Shown piece after piece: positions 49,320-57,440 of a stretch of 64,000 nt of DNA. How positions within the stretch are numbered: the stretch's first letter is position 1; each line of letters starts with the position of its first letter. The stretch comes from Myxococcota bacterium. Lineage in GTDB: Bacteria; Myxococcota_A; UBA9160; JAFDDA01. Where the stretch lies: assembly GCA_965228475.1 (NCBI GenBank), contig OZ245817.1:2272001-2336000 (forward strand), given 5' to 3'. Under the pieces are notes generated by a model. The model did no database searches, was not told the DNA's origin, and saw only the letters and a list, made by a program, of their open reading frames with translations. Made by a program: the position numbers and the translations under genes.

Positions 49320-49561
49320 CCCTCGCCGGCCTGGCCGTCGCCATCGGCGCCCTCTACGTCTACACCGTCTCCGAGCATGCGGCCTCCTGCGAGGCCTGCA
49401 TGGTCTTCGAGGGCCGCCGGGCCTGCCGAACCGCCGCTGCCGCGGAGGAGGAGCGGGCCCGCCAGCATGCGATCATGGCCGCCTGTTCCCTCATCACCCG
49501 CGGCGTGACCGAAGACCTCGCCTGCCAGCGCAGCGTCCCGGAGCGGCTCACGTGCGAGTGA
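49301..49561 (+). CDS. Small membrane-anchored Cys-rich hypothetical protein
   Basis: GGGGAGGGG SD, N-terminal TM and six Cys (CEAC...C...C...C...C). Confidence 0.7.
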   Translation: MVRGLLTLAGLAVAIGALYVYTVSEHAASCEACMVFEGRRACRTAAAAEEERARQHAIMAACSLITRGVTEDLACQRSVPERLTCE

Positions 49562-49571
49562 GCGGAGTGGC

Positions 49572-49614
49572 CCTCGAGGCCCCCGGGAGGCGTCCTTGAG
49601 GCCCCCGAGAGGCG
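49572..49614. repeat. 21-bp direct repeat (19/21 identical, 22-bp period) upstream of pckG
   Basis: CCTCGAGGCCCCCGGGAGGCG at 49572 and CCTTGAGGCCCCCGAGAGGCG at 49594. TATAAA at 49626. Confidence 0.75.
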
Positions 49615-49703
49615 CGTCGTTGAGCTATAAACCGTCCTTTCCCCACGAGCCCTCGCGGCTCGTGACCTGCTGATTTCGCGGACCCGGAATAGGGAGAATC
49701 GCT

Positions 49704-51497
49704 GTGGCGACGACCAAGAACGAGAAGCTTTCGGCCTGGGTGGATGAGTTCGTGGCGCTCTGCAAGCCGGAGCGCGTCCATTGGTGTGACGGTTCGAAGG
49801 CCGAGTACGACTCCCTGTGCGAGCTCATGGTCGAGGGTGGCACCGCGCTGCGTCTGAACGACGAGAAGCGACCCAACTCCTACCTCGTCCGCTCGGATCC
49901 GGCGGACGTCGCGCGCGTCGAGGACCGCACCTTCATCTGCTCGAAGGACGAGCTCGACGCCGGCCCGAACAACAACTGGCGCGAGCCCGAAGGCATGAAG
50001 GCCGAACTCCGGGAGCTGTTCGCGGGCTGCATGGCCGGCCGCACGATGTACGTGATTCCCTTCTCGATGGGTCCGGTCGGTTCGCCGATCGCGCACATCG
50101 GCATCCAGCTGACGGACTCGCCCTACGTCGTGGCGAGCATGCACACGATGACGCGTGTCGGGCAGAAGGTGCTCGATACGCTGGGCGACGGCGCCTTCGT
50201 TCCCTGCGTCCACTCCGTGGGCGCCCCGCTCGCGGCCGGCGAGGCCGACGTGCCCTGGCCGTGCAACGCGGACAACAAATACATCGTCCACTTCCCGGAG
50301 ACGCGCGAGATCTGGTCCTTCGGCTCGGGCTACGGCGGCAACGCCCTGCTCGGCAAGAAGTGCTTCGCACTGCGCATCGCCTCCGCCATGGCGCGCGACG
50401 AAGGCTGGCTGGCGGAGCACATGCTCATCCTGAAGCTGACCTCGCCCGAGGGTGCGAGCCACTACGTGGCGGCGGCCTTCCCGAGCGCGTGCGGCAAGAC
50501 GAACCTCGCGATGATGAACTCGGCCGTCGACGGCTGGAAGGTCGAGTGCGTGGGCGACGACATCGCCTGGATGAAGTTCGGCGACGATGGCCGCCTCTAC
50601 GCGATCAACCCCGAGGCCGGCTTCTTCGGCGTGGCGCCGGGGACGAGCATGAAGTCGAACCCGAACGCGATGCTGAGCCTCCGCGAGAACTGCTTCTTCA
50701 CCAACGTGGCCCTCACCGACGACGGCGACGTCTGGTGGGAGGAGATGACCGACGAGGCGCCGGCCCACCTGATCGACTGGCACGGCAACGATTGGACCCC
50801 GGACCAGGGCAAGCAGGCCGCCCACCCGAACGCGCGCTTCACGGCGCCGGCCAGCCAGTGCCCGGTGATCGCCTCCGAGTGGGAGGATCCCCAGGGCGTT
50901 CCGATCAGCGCCATCCTGTTCGGCGGGCGCCGCGCCACGGTGGTGCCGCTCGTGAACGAGGCCTTCGACTGGACCCACGGGACCTTCCTCGGCTCGATCA
51001 TCGGGAGCGAGAAGACGGCGGCGGCGGCCGGCAAGATCGGCGAGCTGCGCCGGGATCCGATGGCCATGCTGCCGTTCTGCGGATACAACATGGCCGACTA
51101 CTGGTCCCACTGGGTCCGCAAGATCGGCGGTCGCGAGGGCGCGAAGCTCCCGCGCGTCTACTACGTGAACTGGTTCCGCAAGAACGACGCCGGCGAGTTC
51201 CTCTGGCCGGGCTTCGGCGAGAACGGCCGCGTCCTCAAGTGGGTGTTCGAGCGCTGCGAAGGCACGGCCAAGGCCACGGAGACCCCGATCGGGAACCTCC
51301 CGGCCCAGGGCTCGCTCGAGCTCGACGGCCTGGATCTCGACCCGGAAGACCTCGCGGCACTGCTCGCGGTGGACGTCGAGGGCTGGCTCCACGAGGTCCC
51401 GCTGATCCGCGAGTACTACGCCAAGTTCGGCGACCGGATGCCCCAGGAGCTGGTCGACCAGCTCGACGCCCTCGAAGCCCGGCTCAAGAGCCGATAG
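49704..51497 (+). CDS. pckG: Phosphoenolpyruvate carboxykinase (GTP)
   Basis: [53 protein letters not shown] and WPGFGEN. Confidence 0.96.
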   Translation: MATTKNEKLSAWVDEFVALCKPERVHWCDGSKAEYDSLCELMVEGGTALRLNDEKRPNSYLVRSDPADVARVEDRTFICSKDELDAGPNNNWREPEGMKAELRELFAGCMAGRTMYVIPFSMGPVGSPIAHIGIQLTDSPYVVASMHTMTRVGQKVLDTLGDGAFVPCVHSVGAPLAAGEADVPWPCNADNKYIVHFPETREIWSFGSGYGGNALLGKKCFALRIASAMARDEGWLAEHMLILKLTSPEGASHYVAAAFPSACGKTNLAMMNSAVDGWKVECVGDDIAWMKFGDDGRLYAINPEAGFFGVAPGTSMKSNPNAMLSLRENCFFTNVALTDDGDVWWEEMTDEAPAHLIDWHGNDWTPDQGKQAAHPNARFTAPASQCPVIASEWEDPQGVPISAILFGGRRATVVPLVNEAFDWTHGTFLGSIIGSEKTAAAAGKIGELRRDPMAMLPFCGYNMADYWSHWVRKIGGREGAKLPRVYYVNWFRKNDAGEFLWPGFGENGRVLKWVFERCEGTAKATETPIGNLPAQGSLELDGLDLDPEDLAALLAVDVEGWLHEVPLIREYYAKFGDRMPQELVDQLDALEARLKSR

Positions 51498-51507
51498 CCG
51501 AAACGGC

Positions 51508-51747
51508 ATGCTGGTCCGGCTGGCGATCGACTACGAGCACGAGAGCCGCCGCTGGTGGGAGGCCGGAGGCCAGGAGCTCTGGGAGGCGATCCTCGAATCG
51601 CCGGACGCCAAGGACGTCGTGCTCGACGAGGCCCTGGCCGACTCCTGGTGGGCCCAGGCAGCCGCCCTCGAAGGCTGGAACGACGGACCGGACTACGCCC
51701 CCCATCCCCTCGTGCGCCATACCGTGGACGAAGACGAGGACGTTTAG
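51508..51747 (+). CDS. Small acidic, Trp-rich hypothetical protein
   Basis: 79-aa ORF with GC3-rich codons filling the pckG-mgtE gap. Confidence 0.65.
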   Translation: MLVRLAIDYEHESRRWWEAGGQELWEAILESPDAKDVVLDEALADSWWAQAAALEGWNDGPDYAPHPLVRHTVDEDEDV

Positions 51748-51792
51748 TACAAACGCCCTGTAAACTGCTGGAATCGCGGGGGAAGCCAGTCG

Positions 51793-53001
51793 ATGTCGGT
51801 CACCGACGACGTTCGGGTCAAGGAGCTCCAGCAGGAGATCGCCCAGGGGGGGCCCCAGTCCGCGGCCAAGAAGCTCGCGGACGAGTCCGACGCCGTCATC
51901 GGCCAGGTCCTCGAGAAGATGATCGCCCCCCACGCGCTCCAGACCCTGGAGACGTTCCCGGCCGAGCGCCGGCAGGGCATCCTGGGCTTCGTCGCCGAGG
52001 CCCGCCGCCAGCAGTGGGAGATCAACCAGACCTTCCCGACGGACTCCGTCGGCCGGCTGATGGAGCTCCCGGCGGGGGTCTTCTCCAAGGAAACGCTCGT
52101 CTCCGACGCCATCGAGACGCTGCGCGAGATCGTCAAGAAGACCTTCATCACCTACCTCTACGTCGCGGACTCCGAGGGCCGGCTCGAGGGCCTCGTGGTG
52201 TTCCGGGAGATGGTCCTGGCGGACCGCAGCCAGACCCTCGCAGACATCATGCTCGGCAATCCGTACTCCCTCGATCCCGGCATGCCGCTCCAGGACGCCA
52301 TGAAGGAAGCGGTCCAGCGCCACTTCCCGGTGTATCCGGTGTGCGATGAAGAGGGCCGCCTGGTGGGTCTCGTGCGCGGCGACGACCTGTTCGAGCAGAA
52401 CGTCTACCAGCTGATCGTCCAGGCCGGTTCGATGGTGGGCGTCGAGAAAGAGGAGCGGCTCGCCACGGGATGGCCGCGAGCGCTGCGACTGCGCAACCCG
52501 TGGCTGCTCTTGAACCTGCTGACCGCGTTCGTCGCCGGCGCGGTGGTCGGCCTCTTCGAAGGCACGATCGCCCAGGTGACGGCGCTCGCCGCGTTCCTCC
52601 CGGTGCTGGCCGGGCAATCGGGCAATACGGGCTGTCAGGCGCTGGCGGTGACCCTGCGCGGCATGGCGCTCGGCGAGCTCTCGGAGCACTCGGCGACCAA
52701 GATCGTGATCAAGGAGGCCTTCCTCGGTCTCCTGAACGGCGCCGTCGTCGGCGTGCTCGCGGGGGGCGCGATGTTCTTCTTCGCCCAGGGCGAGTCCGAG
52801 CCGCTCAAGCTCGCTGGAATCGTGCTCGTCGCGATGATCGGGAGCTGCGTGGCGAGCGGCATCGCCGGTGCCCTGGTGCCGATCGGCCTGAAGAAGCTCG
52901 GCGCGGACCCGGCCACGGCCTCGAGCATCTTCCTGACGACGGCGACCGACGTCGTCAGCATGGGCCTCCTGCTCGGCCTGGCGACCCTGCTGCTTCTCTA
53001 G
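51793..53001 (+). CDS. mgtE: Magnesium transporter MgtE
   Basis: DSVGRLM, CBS pair, R.PWL..NL, AGQSGNTG.Q and DPA.ASSIFLTT.TD. Confidence 0.9.
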   Translation: MSVTDDVRVKELQQEIAQGGPQSAAKKLADESDAVIGQVLEKMIAPHALQTLETFPAERRQGILGFVAEARRQQWEINQTFPTDSVGRLMELPAGVFSKETLVSDAIETLREIVKKTFITYLYVADSEGRLEGLVVFREMVLADRSQTLADIMLGNPYSLDPGMPLQDAMKEAVQRHFPVYPVCDEEGRLVGLVRGDDLFEQNVYQLIVQAGSMVGVEKEERLATGWPRALRLRNPWLLLNLLTAFVAGAVVGLFEGTIAQVTALAAFLPVLAGQSGNTGCQALAVTLRGMALGELSEHSATKIVIKEAFLGLLNGAVVGVLAGGAMFFFAQGESEPLKLAGIVLVAMIGSCVASGIAGALVPIGLKKLGADPATASSIFLTTATDVVSMGLLLGLATLLLL

Positions 53002-53004
53002 GGC

Positions 53005-53208
53005 CTAGCGGGCCCAGGCGAAGGCCAGGGCGTTCACCAACACCATCGCCACGATCGTGACCCAGGCGAGCGCCGACTCGAAGGCCTGGCGCTGTTGGCT
53101 CACCTGCACCGCTTCGAGCAGCAGGTGCGCGCGGGCCTCGGTGTCGCGGAGCTGCTGCCGCAGGGCCTCGTTCTCGTGGGCGGCTTCGTCGCGGGGCTTG
53201 GGGGGCAT
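53005..53208 (-). CDS. Small coiled-coil + C-terminal TM protein
   Basis: ATG after GAGGAG, coiled coil, then AWVTIVAMVLVNALAFAW. Confidence 0.6.
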   Translation of the reverse strand: MPPKPRDEAAHENEALRQQLRDTEARAHLLLEAVQVSQQRQAFESALAWVTIVAMVLVNALAFAWAR

Positions 53209-53273
53209 GTCCGTCTCCTCCCTGGAGGATCGGTGGGCCCGGCGCGCCGCTTGACGGCCGCCGGGGCCCGGGA

Positions 53274-53291
53274 CGACACGCCTGCGTGTCG
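53274..53291. promoter_or_regulatory. 18-bp inverted repeat, candidate operator
   Basis: CGACACGC-CT-GCGTGTCG in the divergent gap upstream of the double TetR gene. Confidence 0.5.
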
Positions 53292-53390
53292 CTTGCACGG
53301 AGGCCGCACGAGAGCTGCGGAACGCGCCTAATCCCATAGGAGGGCCGGATCCGCTACAAACCGCGCGCGGGCGGGGCAGGGAGTCGTGCG

Positions 53391-54737
53391 ATGCAGACGG
53401 TGCAATCCTCGGAGAACACGGAAGGGGCCCCGGCGTCGAACGCGGCCGCGATCCTGGGCGGGGAGCCCGCGCCGCGAGGCCGCGACCAGGTCACCGAAGC
53501 GCTGCTGATGTCCGCGACCCGGCTCTTCGCCGAGTCCGGGATCGAGGGGACCTCGGTTCGCGAGGTGGCCGCCCGCGCCGGCGTGAACCACGCCCTGGTC
53601 TTCCGTCACTTCGGCTCGAAGGCGCAGCTCGCGCGGACCGTCCTCGATCGCCTGCTCGACGAACTCCTCCGCCACCTCGAGGGGGCAGGGCTCGACCCGA
53701 AGTCCCTGACGGCGCTCGGTGAGGGGGTGGCCCAGCGGGACGTTCTCTGGAAGCTGCTGACCCGGGCGGTGCTCGACGGGGAGGTGGACTTCGTGAGCGA
53801 GCGGCGTTTCCCCGAGATCGATGCGCTGGTGGCGGGCCTCGAGCGTGCGACGGCGAGCGCGCCGTTCACGGACCGGGTCTCCGCCCGCATGATCCTCCTG
53901 GTGATCCTCTCGGGCGCACTCGGTTGGGAGCTCGTGGACCCGGTGCTCGCCGAGACCGTCGGCACGCCCGGCGAGACCCCGGCCCGGCGCCGGGAGCTCG
54001 CGCGCAGCTCCTTCCTCTCGCTGCTCGGGCTCGTCCCCCGCGACGCGCTCCGCCTGACGCCCGAGGAGGTCCAGCCCGAACCGCCGCGGCTCGCCTCGGT
54101 GCCGCGACCCAGGCCCTCCGTGCGCGTCGGCGACCCGCCGGGCGACGGACCGCCGCGCGGCCGCGACCAGGTCGTCCGGGCCCTGATGGAGGCCGCGATG
54201 CCGCGGCTCGCCGCGCGGGGGCCCGCCGCGGTTTCGGTCCGCGAGATCGCGAACGCCGCGGGCGTGAATCACGCCCTGGTCTTCCGCCACTTCGGATCGA
54301 AGGAGGGCCTCGTCCAGGCGGTGTGGGAGCGCGTGGCGGAAGACCTCGCGAGCCGCGTGGTCGGTGGGCCGAAGACGCCGGATCTCGGAGCCGTCGTCGA
54401 GTCGATCGCCGAAGACCGGATCCTCTGGCAGCTCGCCGCGCGGGCGCTTCTCGACGGCGGCGCCGATGCCATCGCCGCCGTCCGCTACCACTTCGTCGAC
54501 GCGATGGTCGCCGCCGCCGCTTCCGGGCAACGCGGAGGGCTGCTCCCGGCGGAGATTCCCCCGCGCCTCCTGGTCGGCATGGTCGTCGCGACGGGCCTCG
54601 GCTTCCTGGTCTTCCACCCGGTGCTCGAGCCGCTCCTCGGGTTGCCCGCCCAGGCGCCCGAGCAGACCCGCCGGGACGTCCGCGAAGCGATCGCGACCCT
54701 GCTCGGCTGGCCGGCCCCCGAAGGCGCCTCCGCTTAG
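53391..54737 (+). CDS. Tandem double TetR-family regulator
   Basis: Two full TetR units, each starting PRGRDQV and containing SVRE.A..AGVNHALVFRHFGSK. Confidence 0.88.
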   Translation: MQTVQSSENTEGAPASNAAAILGGEPAPRGRDQVTEALLMSATRLFAESGIEGTSVREVAARAGVNHALVFRHFGSKAQLARTVLDRLLDELLRHLEGAGLDPKSLTALGEGVAQRDVLWKLLTRAVLDGEVDFVSERRFPEIDALVAGLERATASAPFTDRVSARMILLVILSGALGWELVDPVLAETVGTPGETPARRRELARSSFLSLLGLVPRDALRLTPEEVQPEPPRLASVPRPRPSVRVGDPPGDGPPRGRDQVVRALMEAAMPRLAARGPAAVSVREIANAAGVNHALVFRHFGSKEGLVQAVWERVAEDLASRVVGGPKTPDLGAVVESIAEDRILWQLAARALLDGGADAIAAVRYHFVDAMVAAAASGQRGGLLPAEIPPRLLVGMVVATGLGFLVFHPVLEPLLGLPAQAPEQTRRDVREAIATLLGWPAPEGASA

Positions 54738-54755
54738 CGACGCGGCGCTTCGCGT

Positions 54756-55538
54756 TCAGGAATCGTCGGAGCCGAAGCGGCTGCGGGCGGCCCCCGTTCG
54801 CGACGCGGCGAGCAGGAGGTCTCCGTCCGCCTCCGTCGCGTCGCCCAGCGCCGCCCGGGCGCCGTAACCCCGCAGCTGGGTCTTCGTCATGTGGACGGCG
54901 ACCTCGGGCATGGCGAGCAGGCGCTCCGAGAGCGCGGCGACCTCCGCGTCGAGGGCGTTCGGCGCGGCGAGCCGGTGGACGATGCCGAGCTCGTGCGCCC
55001 GGCGCGCGTCGAGCGCATCGCAGAGGAGCAGGATCTCGCGGGCCCGCGCCGCACCGACCTCGGCCAACAGGCGCGGAACGGCTCCCCAGGTCAGGGGGAT
55101 GCCGAGTTCCACCTCCGGGACGCGAAAGCTCGCGTCCTCGGCGGCCACGCGGAAGTCGCAGGCCAGGGCCAGGACGAACCCCCCGCCGACCGCGTGGCCC
55201 TGGATCCGGGCAACCGTCAGCGGCTCAGCCTGTTCGATTGCGCGCGTCGCCCGCAGGCCGAGCTGGGAGACGTGGCGCCGCTCCCGCTCGCTGGCACCCG
55301 AGTCGGCCGCCAGGCGCTCGCTGCCGGGCGGCGAACGGAGGTCCGCGCCGCCGCAGAAGGAGGGGCCGCGCCCGCCCAGAACGACCAGGCGGATGGCGTA
55401 GTCGTCGGCCAGGGAGTTGTAGAGCGCTTCGATCTCGCGCAGGGTTCGCGTGTCGAGGGCGTTGCGCCGGTCCGGGCGGTCGAGCCAGACGTGCAGGACC
55501 GGCGGCGTGCGTTCGAGGCGGAGTCGCTCGAATTCCAC
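54756..55538 (-). CDS. Enoyl-CoA hydratase/isomerase family protein
   Basis: LDRPDRRNAL, SFCGGADL, GHAVGGGFVLALACDFR and F.VPEVELG. Confidence 0.9.
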   Translation of the reverse strand: MEFERLRLERTPPVLHVWLDRPDRRNALDTRTLREIEALYNSLADDYAIRLVVLGGRGPSFCGGADLRSPPGSERLAADSGASERERRHVSQLGLRATRAIEQAEPLTVARIQGHAVGGGFVLALACDFRVAAEDASFRVPEVELGIPLTWGAVPRLLAEVGAARAREILLLCDALDARRAHELGIVHRLAAPNALDAEVAALSERLLAMPEVAVHMTKTQLRGYGARAALGDATEADGDLLLAASRTGAARSRFGSDDS

Positions 55539-55541
55539 GGG

Positions 55542-56159
55542 CTAGGAACCTTCCGGCGCCTCGTCAGTCAGGGGCGCCTCGTCCGTCAGGGGCGCCTCTT
55601 CGGCCAGGAGGGCCTCGATGCGCGCGACGAAGGCCGGGTCCTCGGGCCGGGTCCGGGGCTTGAAACGGGCGACGACCTTGCCGCTGCGGTCGATCAGGTA
55701 CTTCTGGAAGTTCCACTCGACCGGCCCGCCGATCGGCGCCGGCGAGGAGGTGAGCTTCCGGTAGAGCGGGTGCATGCCTTCACCCTTGACCGTGATCTTC
55801 GAGAACATCGGGAACTCGACCCCGTAGGTCGATCGGCAGAACTCCGCGATCTCGGCGTCCGTGCCGGGCTCCTGACCCGCGAAGTCGTTCGAGGGAAAGC
55901 CGAGCACGACGAGGCCCTCGTCGGACTTCTCCGAGTAGAGCTTCTCGAGGCCCTCGTACTGGGGCGTGAGGCCGCACTTGCTGGCGACGTTCACCATCAC
56001 CACGACCCGGCCTTTGTACTCCGCGAGATCCTGCTCCTCGCCGGTGATCCGCTTCATGCGGAAGTCGAGCACGCCCTCGGGCTCCGCGTGCACGCTGCCC
56101 GTCGCGACGAGGGCCAGGGAGGCTGCCAGAGCGAGGAAAGGCCGAAGGAAAGCTTGCAT
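55542..56159 (-). CDS. gpx: Cys-type glutathione peroxidase with signal peptide
   Basis: VNVASKCGLTPQY, LGFPSNDFAGQEPG and WNFQKYLIDR. Signal peptide ending VHA. Confidence 0.9.
   Translation of the reverse strand: MQAFLRPFLALAASLALVATGSVHAEPEGVLDFRMKRITGEEQDLAEYKGRVVVMVNVASKCGLTPQYEGLEKLYSEKSDEGLVVLGFPSNDFAGQEPGTDAEIAEFCRSTYGVEFPMFSKITVKGEGMHPLYRKLTSSPAPIGGPVEWNFQKYLIDRSGKVVARFKPRTRPEDPAFVARIEALLAEEAPLTDEAPLTDEAPEGS
55555..55598. repeat. 18-bp coding tandem repeat (EAPLTD, about 2.5 copies) at the gpx C-terminus
   Basis: GGCGCCTCGTCAGTCAGG / GGCGCCTCGTCCGTCAGG / GGCGCCTC. Confidence 0.85.
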
Positions 56160-56230
56160 GGCCGGAACGTAGCCTGCTGTAAGCTCCGTGTCCCTCGACG
56201 GATGGCTCTGGGGAGGCCGGGGAGACGGGC

Positions 56231-57421
56231 ATGGAACGGATCGTGGTGGTGGGCGCATCGCTCGCCGGTTTGCGCGCGGTGGAGACCCTTCGTCGCGAAG
56301 GCTTCGACGGAGAAATCGTCGTCATCGGCGACGAGGCGCGGCGCCCCTACGATCGCCCGCCGCTCTCGAAGCAGATCCTGACGGGCGAGTGGGAGCCCGA
56401 TCGGACGGCGCTTCCCGGTTCGGAGGAAGACCACGGGGCCGAGTGGCGCCTCGGAAGGCCCGCCGAATCCCTCGACGCCGACGAGCGCTGCGTCGTCCTG
56501 GCCGGGGGCGAGCGCGTTCCCTTCGACAAGCTCCTGATCGCGACGGGGGCCCGGGCCCGCGCGCTGCCCGGCGCGCCGGACCTCGCCGGCATCCACACGC
56601 TTCGGACGCTCGACGACGCGCTCGCCGTGCGCGCGGGCCTCGAGGGTAGCCCGCGGGTCTGCGTCGTGGGCGCGGGCTTCATCGGAGCGGAGGTCGCCTC
56701 GAGCTGCCGTGCGCGGGGCCTCGAGGTGTCGCTCGTGGAGGCGCTCCCGGTCCCCCTCGGCCGCGTTCTCGGGGATGAACCCGGCGAGTACTGCGCCCGG
56801 CTTCATCGCGACAACGGCGTCGACCTGCACGTGGGAGTGGGGGTCGAGGGCTTCGAAGGCGAAGGCCGCGTCGAGGCCGTGCGCCTCGCGAACGGGACGC
56901 GGATCGCCGCGGACGTGGTCGTCGTGGGGATCGGGGTCGAGCCGAACACGGAGTGGCTCGCCGGCTCGGGCGTGGCCGTGGAGGACGGCGTCGTCTGCGA
57001 TGCGCAGTGTCGCACCACGCTCCCCGGGGTTTATGCCGCGGGGGACGTGGCACGCGCGGAGAGTCCGCTGCTCGGGGGCGCGATCCGCGTCGAGCACTGG
57101 ACCCACGCCGTCGAGCAGGGCATCGCGGCCGCGGAGAGCCTGCTGGCGGGGGATGCGGCGGAGCGGTTCTCGGCCGTGCCGTTCTTCTGGTCGGATCAGT
57201 ACGGCGTGAAGATCCAGATGGCGGGCCGGCCCTCGCCGGGAGACGAAACGGCCGTCGTCCACGGAAACCTCGGGGACGAGCGCTTCGTCGTGCTCTACGG
57301 GCGCGAGGGGCGGCTGGTCGCGGCGCTCGGGTTCAACCGCGCCCGCTACATCGTCGGCTACCGCCGCAGCATCGGCGAGGGCGTGAGCTTCGCCGACACC
57401 GTTGCGAAGGCCTCGGCCTGA
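56231..57421 (+). CDS. FAD-dependent ferredoxin reductase family oxidoreductase
   Basis: VVGASLAG, PYDRPPLSK, LIATGA, VVGAGFIGAE, YAAGD, RVEHW and VPFFWSDQY. Confidence 0.9.
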   Translation: MERIVVVGASLAGLRAVETLRREGFDGEIVVIGDEARRPYDRPPLSKQILTGEWEPDRTALPGSEEDHGAEWRLGRPAESLDADERCVVLAGGERVPFDKLLIATGARARALPGAPDLAGIHTLRTLDDALAVRAGLEGSPRVCVVGAGFIGAEVASSCRARGLEVSLVEALPVPLGRVLGDEPGEYCARLHRDNGVDLHVGVGVEGFEGEGRVEAVRLANGTRIAADVVVVGIGVEPNTEWLAGSGVAVEDGVVCDAQCRTTLPGVYAAGDVARAESPLLGGAIRVEHWTHAVEQGIAAAESLLAGDAAERFSAVPFFWSDQYGVKIQMAGRPSPGDETAVVHGNLGDERFVVLYGREGRLVAALGFNRARYIVGYRRSIGEGVSFADTVAKASA

Positions 57422-57440
57422 AGCATCGAGCCCGTCGCGG

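Noticed and set aside
55542..56159. Selenocysteine glutathione peroxidase
   Set aside because: The active-site codon is TGC (Cys) and there is no in-frame TGA.
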